Source: Solirubrobacterales bacterium (GTDB lineage Bacteria; Bacillota; Clostridia; Clostridiales; Clostridiaceae). Taken from it: a DNA stretch of 64,000 nucleotides. A model generated the notes under the pieces. It searched no databases and was not told where the DNA came from. It saw only the letters and a program-made list of their open reading frames with translations. A program made the position numbers and the translations under genes. This document shows, piece after piece, positions 55,453 through 64,000 of this stretch; the first letter of the stretch is position 1, and the number at the start of each line of letters is the position of its first letter. Where the stretch lies: contig JBLNDT010000006.1 of the NCBI GenBank assembly GCA_050261915.1, positions 37,180 to 101,179 of the forward strand, written 5' to 3'.

Positions 55453-56061
55453 ATGAAAAAAATTATATTTATAATTTTTATTATTTTAATATCAGGAGGG
55501 ATATACTTAAGCAATAGTGGGACAAGTGATATTTATCATAAAGTCATACGGTTTCATGTGATTGCAAATAGCGACACAGTACAGGACCAAGGTTTAAAAT
55601 TAAAGATTAGGGACAAGATATTGGAATACATAGGGCCTAAATTAAAAAACTCAAAAAGTATTGAGGAGTCCAGGAACATTTTAAAAGAAAATGATAATGA
55701 AATTGTTGCCATAGCAGAAAATGTAGTTAAGCAAAATGGTTATTCCTACAAGGTGAATTCATCTTTGATTAGAGAAAATTTCCCAATAAAGACATATGGA
55801 AATATTACACTACCCCAAGGAAACTATGAGGCATATAAAATTGTTATTGGAAAAGGCCAGGGACAGAATTGGTGGTGTGTTATGTTTCCACCCCTGTGCT
55901 TCATAGATGTAACAAAGGGTGCGGTAGCATATAAGGAAACTGAAGAAAAGATGAAGATGGTTTTAAACAACAAGGAGTTTAGCGAAATAAACAATAATAT
56001 TAAATTTAAATTTAAGATACTTGAAGTTTTTGAACAATTAAAGCAGAGAACCTCAAATTAG
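55453..56061 (+). CDS. spoIIR: stage II sporulation protein R
   Basis: VIRFHVIANSD and NWWCVMFPPLCF motifs. Confidence 0.88.
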   Translation: MKKIIFIIFIILISGGIYLSNSGTSDIYHKVIRFHVIANSDTVQDQGLKLKIRDKILEYIGPKLKNSKSIEESRNILKENDNEIVAIAENVVKQNGYSYKVNSSLIRENFPIKTYGNITLPQGNYEAYKIVIGKGQGQNWWCVMFPPLCFIDVTKGAVAYKETEEKMKMVLNNKEFSEINNNIKFKFKILEVFEQLKQRTSN

Positions 56062-57197
56062 CAGGTCTCTGCTTTTAAATTTTTTTTTATAATTGAATTT
56101 ATTAGATTGCAGATGTCTTCACCCGCGTGAGGTTTAGAATATTTTCTGCAGTTTACTTTCATTTTTATAAGTTTATTTTTATCATTAAGGAGCTCTTGGA
56201 TTATATTGCTGCAACTATCTATATCAGATATATTAACCGCAAGTCCATGCTTTATAAGAAATTCTGCATTTTTTTCCTCCTGCCCAGGAATAGGAGAAAA
56301 AAGTACCAATGGAATTCCGCATATTAGAGATTCAGTAATTGTAAGGCCCCCGGGTTTTGTAAGAAGGAGGTCGCAGCACTGCATAAACATATTGACTTTA
56401 TTTGTAAAGCCAATAATTTTTGTGTCTTTTGTTGAAGCTTCTTTCAGTTCCTGGAGCTCTGTATATAGTTTTTTATTATTACCAGTTATAACTACAATTT
56501 GAATATCTTCTTCTACTTTTATAAGTTCCTTATAAATTGCCTTTATTTTTCCCATACCAAGACTTCCTCCCATAACAAGTATGGTTGGTATATCTTCGTT
56601 TAATCCCATTTCCATGAAGGTTTCTTTCTTGTGGTAGGTTTTAAAGAACTCTGGTGCTACAGGTATTCCCAGATTATATATAGTATTTCTTTCTATACCC
56701 TTTAACACCATATCCTCAACCATATCAGAGTTTGATACAATGTACCCCTCAATATTTGGGTGAAGGCACAATGTATGTGGATAATAATCTGTAATTAAGG
56801 ATAAACAAGGTATATCTAGTTTGTTTTTACCTTTTAATATGGAAACCATTTCCGTTGGAAAGGGATGGGTACATATTATTATATCTGGCTCCTCGCCTTC
56901 TATAAGGGGGAGGAGCTTGAAAGTCATAGCTTCATTAAAAATTGAACTGATGGCAGTTGCAATACCATCATCTGTTTCAGAATGGTTGTAGAGCTTTCCG
57001 TAAAGTCCTGGGGAGACCTTTAAACTTTTAAGGTAGCTACCTATTACTACTTTATCAATTATGGGGTTAATATATTTCAGTGTATCCACAATAATAATTT
57101 CTGAATCCTGATTTTTTAGCATTATATGTCTTCTGATGGCTTCTGCGGCATGCTCGTGTCCTCCGCCTGCCGATACAGAAAGAATCATTGCTTTCAT
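56058..57197 (-). CDS. MGDG-synthase/UgtP-like diacylglycerol glycosyltransferase
   Basis: ILSVSAGGGHEHAAEAI N-terminus and C-terminal GT28-like KPGGLTITESL. Confidence 0.85.
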   Translation of the reverse strand: MKAMILSVSAGGGHEHAAEAIRRHIMLKNQDSEIIIVDTLKYINPIIDKVVIGSYLKSLKVSPGLYGKLYNHSETDDGIATAISSIFNEAMTFKLLPLIEGEEPDIIICTHPFPTEMVSILKGKNKLDIPCLSLITDYYPHTLCLHPNIEGYIVSNSDMVEDMVLKGIERNTIYNLGIPVAPEFFKTYHKKETFMEMGLNEDIPTILVMGGSLGMGKIKAIYKELIKVEEDIQIVVITGNNKKLYTELQELKEASTKDTKIIGFTNKVNMFMQCCDLLLTKPGGLTITESLICGIPLVLFSPIPGQEEKNAEFLIKHGLAVNISDIDSCSNIIQELLNDKNKLIKMKVNCRKYSKPHAGEDICNLINSIIKKNLKAETC

Positions 57198-57418
57198 TTA
57201 ATCACCTCTGATTACGTATGTAATAATATTATATAGAATTAATATTAAATAATAAATGATTTACATGATAATTAATATAAAATTAATAACAAAAAACTAA
57301 TACATCCTTTTTATTATATATTAACCACAACATAAAGAAAATATTTATTGAATCAGCGAATAGCAAATATGAAAACTTGAAACAATAATAATAATAAATT
57401 CAACAGGAGGAGGTATTT

Positions 57419-58789
57419 ATGAAAACTGAAAGGAAAAGAATGATATATACTGGGCTGGTCACTCTGATTGTTGTATTTTCAAGTACATTTGCAATTTTGA
57501 TGACACTGGAGAGAACTGACTACAGAAATTATCTTCAGTCTGAATACAGTAAAAATATGTATGGGCTAATTGATAATGTTGAAAATATTAGAGTTAACCT
57601 TGGAAAGTCAGCAGTTACAGGCTCTAGAGAGCAAAGTATTGTTGTATTCGAGGAAATATTCAGGAATTCAGCTATGGCTGGTGATAAACTGCATTCCTTG
57701 CCTGTTTCTGAAGAGTTAACAGCAGAAACTTCCAAGTTCTTATCACAAGTAGGGGATTTTTGCTATACTTTAGCGAAAAGTTCATCTGAAGGCAAGGAAC
57801 TTAAAGATGAGGATTATAAGACCATAGAAACTCTTAAGCAGCAGTCCTTTACTTTAGAAAGCTCACTAAAAACTGTCTCAGAGGATATAAACTCAGGGAA
57901 TGTTAAATGGGGTGAAATAAGAAAAAAAGCCTCAGGTGTTTTTGCTATGGGAACAGAAGCAGATATATCTGACAAATTCAAAGGTATACAAAAGCAAGTA
58001 GTTCAGTATCCTTCCCTTATATATGACGGACCTTTTTCAGACAATGTACTTGAAATTTCTCCAAGGATAAACTCTGAAAAACAGGTATCTGAAAGTGATG
58101 CTGAAAAAGCAGCAAGAACTGCTATAGGAAATGAAAGAATAGAATCAATAGAACTTCAGCCTGAATCTGGAAGTTCTCGTATAGAATCTTATAGATTTAT
58201 TGCCAGTATTAAAGGGAGAACTGATAAAAATGAAAAAATAACCTGCGAAATAAGCAAAAGAGGGGGAAGGGTTGTCTATCTTATTGACAGCAAAGCTCCC
58301 ATGGAACCAACCATAGATGTGAATAAGGCTGTAGATATAGGTGCCAGGTATCTAAGCGGCATAGGTTATAAAAATATGAAATCAACCTACACCCTTAATT
58401 ATGAAAATACTGCTGTTATAAGTTTCGTATATATTAAAGACAATGTGACTATATATCCAGATCAGATTAAACTTAAGGTTTCTTTAGGGGATGGAAGTAT
58501 AACCGGTATAGAGTCAGAAAAGTACCTAATAGCTCACTATGACAATAGAATCATACCAAAACCCCAAATAAGCTCTAATGATGCAAAAAAGAGAGTTGGC
58601 AAAAAACTTAACATTACTTCTGTTAAACTTGCCATTGTGCCATCAGAAGGAAATAAGGAAGTATTGTGCTATGAGTTTACAGGAAATTATAACGGAGATA
58701 ATTTCATAGTATATATTAATGCAGAAACTGGTTATGAACAAAAAATAATACAAATTATTAATACTCCAAACGGAGAGCTTACCATTTAG
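57419..58789 (+). CDS. ypeB: germination protein YpeB
   Basis: N-terminal TM helix, YpeB-like region, C-terminal PepSY repeats. RBS GGAGGAGG. Confidence 0.85.
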   Translation: MKTERKRMIYTGLVTLIVVFSSTFAILMTLERTDYRNYLQSEYSKNMYGLIDNVENIRVNLGKSAVTGSREQSIVVFEEIFRNSAMAGDKLHSLPVSEELTAETSKFLSQVGDFCYTLAKSSSEGKELKDEDYKTIETLKQQSFTLESSLKTVSEDINSGNVKWGEIRKKASGVFAMGTEADISDKFKGIQKQVVQYPSLIYDGPFSDNVLEISPRINSEKQVSESDAEKAARTAIGNERIESIELQPESGSSRIESYRFIASIKGRTDKNEKITCEISKRGGRVVYLIDSKAPMEPTIDVNKAVDIGARYLSGIGYKNMKSTYTLNYENTAVISFVYIKDNVTIYPDQIKLKVSLGDGSITGIESEKYLIAHYDNRIIPKPQISSNDAKKRVGKKLNITSVKLAIVPSEGNKEVLCYEFTGNYNGDNFIVYINAETGYEQKIIQIINTPNGELTI

Positions 58790-58904
58790 ATTCAATAATT
58801 AACCATAAATCTCTTTGAGTTTGTGGTTAATTATTTTTTATTTGTATTGATAAAATAAAATTATTTGATAAACTATAAGTTGTAATATAAATATGATATA
58901 GAAG

Positions 58905-59894
58905 GTGAATAGATTGACTAAGGCGCTGGCAATGATATCAGGTGGACTAGATAGTACACTTGCTGCAAAAATAATAAAAGATCAAGGTATTGAAGTTATA
59001 GGATTATGTTTTAAATCATATTTCTTTGGGCCAAGTAGTGCAATAAGAATGGCAAAGCAAATAGGAATCCATTTAGAAGTTATAGATTTTTCAAAAGAAC
59101 ATTTAGAGATGCTGAAAAATCCAAAACATGGTTTTGGAAAAAATATGAATCCGTGCATTGACTGTCATGCAATGATGATGAATTATTCTGGAAAACTACT
59201 TGAGGAATATAATGCGGATTTTATTATTACTGGTGAAGTTCTTAATCAGAGACCTATGTCTCAAAATCGTTCTGCTTTGGATGTGGTTAAAAGAGAATCT
59301 GGTTTTAGTGATAAAATATTAAGACCTCTTTGTGCAAAAAATCTTGTTCCAACAAAAATGGAGCTTGAAGGATTAGTAGACAGGGAAAAGCTACTTAATA
59401 TATCTGGAAGAAGCAGGAAAATTCAAATGGAACTTGCAGATAAGTGGGGTATAGTAGATTATCCATCACCAGCGGGAGGCTGTAAACTTACTGAGCCTAA
59501 TTTTGCAAAAAGGTTAAAGGATTTATTTCAGCATCAGGATTCATTTTCCGAGGATGAAATTGAAATTTTGAAATACGGAAGGCATATGAGAGTTTCTGAT
59601 AATGCTAAGATTATTTCAACAAGAACAGGAGAGGAAGTAACTGAAATTAAAAAATATCTTAATGAAAAATATATGGTATTTTTAGCTGAGGATTATAAAG
59701 GAACTATGGTTATATTGGCTGGAAAACCTGAACTTAAGGATATTGAGTTTGCAGCGAAGGTAACAGGGCGATACAGCAAGGGTAAGGATGAGGATGAAAT
59801 TAAGGTGAAATATGGAATGTACAAGAAACCTTTTAACAATACCATAAGTGTAAAGCCAGCAACAGATAAGGAAATTGAGCAATATTTAATTTAA
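58905..59894 (+). CDS. PP-loop ATP pyrophosphatase family protein (ThiI/MnmA-like tRNA thiolase-related)
   Basis: SGGLDS PP-loop, NPCIDCH, ITGEVLNQRPMSQ. Start uncertain (GTG 58905 or TTG 58914). Confidence 0.65.
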   Translation: MNRLTKALAMISGGLDSTLAAKIIKDQGIEVIGLCFKSYFFGPSSAIRMAKQIGIHLEVIDFSKEHLEMLKNPKHGFGKNMNPCIDCHAMMMNYSGKLLEEYNADFIITGEVLNQRPMSQNRSALDVVKRESGFSDKILRPLCAKNLVPTKMELEGLVDREKLLNISGRSRKIQMELADKWGIVDYPSPAGGCKLTEPNFAKRLKDLFQHQDSFSEDEIEILKYGRHMRVSDNAKIISTRTGEEVTEIKKYLNEKYMVFLAEDYKGTMVILAGKPELKDIEFAAKVTGRYSKGKDEDEIKVKYGMYKKPFNNTISVKPATDKEIEQYLI

Positions 59895-59904
59895 GGAGAA
59901 GGTT

Positions 59905-60321
59905 ATGAAGAAAAAAGCTATTATTTCAGTATCAAGTAGACAGATTGGAGACGATGAAGATATAGAAGTGGTAACACCGGGAGTATTTTATAATGAAAAT
60001 GGAGAATTTTGTGCAGAGTATGCTGAAACTGAAATATCCGGCATGGAAGGAACCACTACAACTTTAAAAATAAATCCAGAAAAATTTTCTTTAATAAGAT
60101 CCGGCAGCACTAATGCAAAAATGGATTTTGACAAGAAGGCAGATAGTGTATCCATGTACAACACCCCATATGGAACATTAGAACTTAGAATTGAAACAAA
60201 GAAACTTGATATAAGTGTTGGAGAAAAAGGAGGAGATATTTACATAAAATATCTGCTCAGTGTATTAGGTCAGGAACCACTAGACACAACCCTTAAAATA
60301 AACATTAAGACACAGGAATAA
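59905..60321 (+). CDS. DUF1934 (YwiB-like) beta-barrel protein
   Basis: 138 aa. The pattern ...TLKINPEKFSLIRSGSTNAKMDF... matches DUF1934 proteins as I remember them. Confidence 0.65.
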   Translation: MKKKAIISVSSRQIGDDEDIEVVTPGVFYNENGEFCAEYAETEISGMEGTTTTLKINPEKFSLIRSGSTNAKMDFDKKADSVSMYNTPYGTLELRIETKKLDISVGEKGGDIYIKYLLSVLGQEPLDTTLKINIKTQE

Positions 60322-60496
60322 ATTCCTGTGTCTTTTATATTAAAAAAATTGTAGATAAAATTATAAATTTGTGGTATTATAAATAGTATGTTTTTAAACA
60401 CAATTATAGCATTATAATAATTGAGGGTAATTTCTATTGTAAGCTATTATGATACTTTTGTCAACAAAATAAATAAAATTTTTGAAGGGTGGGTAA

Positions 60497-62104
<1,608 letters not shown>

Positions 62105-62107
62105 CTT

Positions 62108-62140
62108 AATGGTCAGGATTAATTCCTGGCCATTTTCAAT
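62108..62140 (+). terminator. intrinsic terminator after pyrG
   Basis: ATGGTCAGGA-TTAA-TTCCTGGCCAT hairpin followed by TTTT. Confidence 0.75.
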
Positions 62141-62218
62141 TGTCGAATGAAAAAAATTATTTTCATGAAGGAATTTGACGATTTTTATAGAAATATTATA
62201 TACAAGGTGGTGAGAAAA

Positions 62219-62563
62219 ATGATATTGAAAACAGTGAAAACTATAGCTTTAAAAAACAGCAATGGTGGTTATGATATAAAAAATATTTCTATATTCAGGG
62301 CTGAGGATTTCAATGTTTGTTTTTCTTTAACACATTCAAAATCCTGCAAAGGAAAGAAAGTTATAATAAAAGTAAAATGCCCTTTGTGCGGAAACGACCA
62401 CAGCTATACCTACTGCACTTCTGATTTTATAAGACGTGATTTAATAATAGGGGGCTGCGAAATAATGGGAACACCTTTATTTTATCTTGGTGATGAGAAT
62501 AAGGTTAAAGATAAAATAAACAGGATAAACAAATATGAAAAAAAGATATATGCTTATATTTAG
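62219..62563 (+). CDS. uncharacterised small protein with CPLCG...C motif
   Basis: ATG 62219 follows AGGTGGTGA; the track start at 62147 has no RBS. Family not recognised. Confidence 0.5.
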   Translation: MILKTVKTIALKNSNGGYDIKNISIFRAEDFNVCFSLTHSKSCKGKKVIIKVKCPLCGNDHSYTYCTSDFIRRDLIIGGCEIMGTPLFYLGDENKVKDKINRINKYEKKIYAYI

Positions 62564-62592
62564 GAATAAAACGTGGCTTTTATTCCTTTTTA
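62562..62592 (+). terminator. intrinsic terminator
   Basis: AGGAATAAAA-CGTGGC-TTTTATTCCT hairpin followed by T-rich sequence. Confidence 0.75.
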
Positions 62593-62704
62593 TTTGCTTT
62601 TTTTTTATTGATATTATAGAATGATATATAATCTTAAATGCATTTCGAAAAATTTTCATTTAAATAAATTCCCAAATAAAATAATTTAATAAGGAGAGGT
62701 GTTG

Positions 62705-64000
62705 TTGTTTTTGAACAAAGATTTAGAATCTATGACCATTGTGGAACTCAGAAATGCCGCAAAGGAACTAGATGTTAAAAGCATTTCTAAATATAAAAAG
62801 GCTGAGCTAATTGAAGAAATAAAAAAGGTATCCCCTGCATTTATTGAAAAAGAGGGTATAATATTAAGAGAAAAAATAAGCCAAAAACCCGAAGAGGAAT
62901 TGAAAGATGAATCGGAAGAGAAAAAAGAAAAATTCAAAGTTATGGTAAATGAATCTGGAAGTGCCAAGGGAGTTCTAGAGATTATTGAAAACAATAATTA
63001 TGGCTTCTTAAGGGGAACAAATTATTTAACAAGTCCGGATGATATTTATGTTTCTCCTTCTCAAATAAGAAGATTTAACTTAAAAACCGGAGATGAGGTT
63101 GAGGGTAAGGTAAGGACTCCAAAAGAAGGCGAAAAGTTTAAAGCCTTACTTTATGTTGAAAGAGTAAATGGAGAAAATCCAGAACGAGCTGTGGGCAGAA
63201 AACCATTTGAAACTTTGGTTCCAATATACCCTGATGAAAGGATAATCCTTGAAACTGAAAATGGTGAATTATCCATGAGGATGATGGATATTATATCACC
63301 TATTGGTAAGGGACAAAGAGGAATAATTGTCGCACCTCCAAAAGCTGGGAAAACAACTTTATTAAAGCAAATAGCTCAAAGTATTTCTAAAAACTGCAAG
63401 GATGTAAAACTTATTGTTGTGCTTATTGATGAAAGACCTGAAGAGGTTACGGATATGCAGAGGTCAATAAGCGGGGAGGTTATCTATTCAACCTTCGATG
63501 AGGAACCGGATCATCACACAAAGGTAGCATACATGGTCCTTGAAAGGGCAAAAAGAATGGTGGAACAAGGTCAGGATGTAGTAATACTTTTAGACAGCAT
63601 TACAAGACTTTCTAGAGCATACAACCTTACAATTACTCCAACAGGAAGAACATTATCAGGAGGATTGGACCCTGGAGCTTTGATTATGCCTAAGAAATTT
63701 TTTGGAGCTGCAAGAAATATAGAAAATGGTGGAAGTCTAACAATACTGGCTACTGCTCTAGTAGAAACAGGAAGCAGAATGGATGACATGATATTTGAGG
63801 AATTTAAAGGTACAGGTAATATGGAGGTTCATTTAAACAGAAGGCTTCAGGAAAGAAGAATTTTCCCTGCAATTGACATATATAAATCAGGAACTAGAAG
63901 AGACGACTTGCTTTACAATGGTCAATCTGAAAAGGATGCTGCATTTAATATTAGAAAGCTTCTTTACACTGATAATGTTGAAAATGTAACAGAGCAGCTT
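62705..64000 (+). CDS. rho: transcription termination factor Rho (C-terminus beyond window end)
   Basis: Manual translation: Rho_N ([15 protein letters not shown]), CSD (GFLR...[16 protein letters not shown]), Walker A ([10 protein letters not shown]), [11 protein letters not shown] loops. Open to position 64000, so absent from the ORF track. The start is one of GTG/TTG 62699-62711 after AAGGAGAGG. ORF 62686-62994(-) is its shadow. Confidence 0.92.
   Translation, partial: MFLNKDLESMTIVELRNAAKELDVKSISKYKKAELIEEIKKVSPAFIEKEGIILREKISQKPEEELKDESEEKKEKFKVMVNESGSAKGVLEIIENNNYGFLRGTNYLTSPDDIYVSPSQIRRFNLKTGDEVEGKVRTPKEGEKFKALLYVERVNGENPERAVGRKPFETLVPIYPDERIILETENGELSMRMMDIISPIGKGQRGIIVAPPKAGKTTLLKQIAQSISKNCKDVKLIVVLIDERPEEVTDMQRSISGEVIYSTFDEEPDHHTKVAYMVLERAKRMVEQGQDVVILLDSITRLSRAYNLTITPTGRTLSGGLDPGALIMPKKFFGAARNIENGGSLTILATALVETGSRMDDMIFEEFKGTGNMEVHLNRRLQERRIFPAIDIYKSGTRRDDLLYNGQSEKDAAFNIRKLLYTDNVENVTEQL

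Noticed and set aside
55395-57418. Specific sigma-F/sigma-G promoter calls upstream of spoIIR and ypeB
   Set aside because: The AT-rich sequence gives several weak partial matches, and none convincingly fits the consensus as I remember it. I am not reporting them as features.
62830-62990. Prion-like Asn/Gln-rich insertion in Rho, as described for C. botulinum Rho
   Set aside because: The linker between Rho_N and the cold-shock-like domain is short (about 50 aa) and Glu/Lys-rich, not N/Q-rich.
62686-62994. Minus-strand 102-aa Ser/Phe-rich ORF
   Set aside because: It is the antisense shadow of the rho 5' region. The + strand frame encodes an unmistakable Rho N-terminal domain.

Overview
Visibly AT-rich chromosomal segment of a spore-forming, Stickland-fermenting Clostridium-type Firmicute. 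All calls come from reading the sequence and ORF track and from motif recognition by memory; no searches were run. The backbone is the conserved Firmicute block metG-tatD-yabE-rnmV-rsmA ... yabG-veg-sipL ... ispE ... pyrG-rho. About 32 kb sits between rsmA and yabG: three uncharacterised genes, nrdDG, ileS, and a sigma-54/PrdR-controlled D-proline reductase cluster (prdR, prdC, a short prdA N-terminal paralogue, prdA, small ORF, prdB, prdD, prdE, prdF, TSUP permease). It also holds a putative spore-surface glycosylation/coat island (manC-like, anchored solute-binding protein, two divergent GT4/CotS pairs, a degenerate CotS paralogue, yajQ). Further right are cyanophycinase/cyanophycin synthetase, a GerA-type germinant receptor operon with an in-frame B-C fusion, spoIIR, a UgtP-like glycosyltransferase and ypeB. 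Two T-box leaders (Met, Ile), an NrdR box, a sigma-54 promoter with upstream repeats and many intrinsic terminators are readable. Points the ORF track misses: (1) two in-frame UGA codons with downstream hairpins, so PrdB and probably PrdC are selenoproteins; (2) repeated duplication of a roughly 58-aa PrdA N-terminal module, once as a separate gene; (3) an orphan minus-strand promoter plus terminator between veg and sipL, predicting an sRNA of about 85 nt; (4) several ORFs under 60 codons or open at the window edges (MATE, rho). I saw no rRNA, tRNA, CRISPR array, transposase or prophage genes. I cannot point to a clear new multi-gene system; the prdA-module paralogue, the coat/glycosylation island and the orphan sRNA unit are the best leads.
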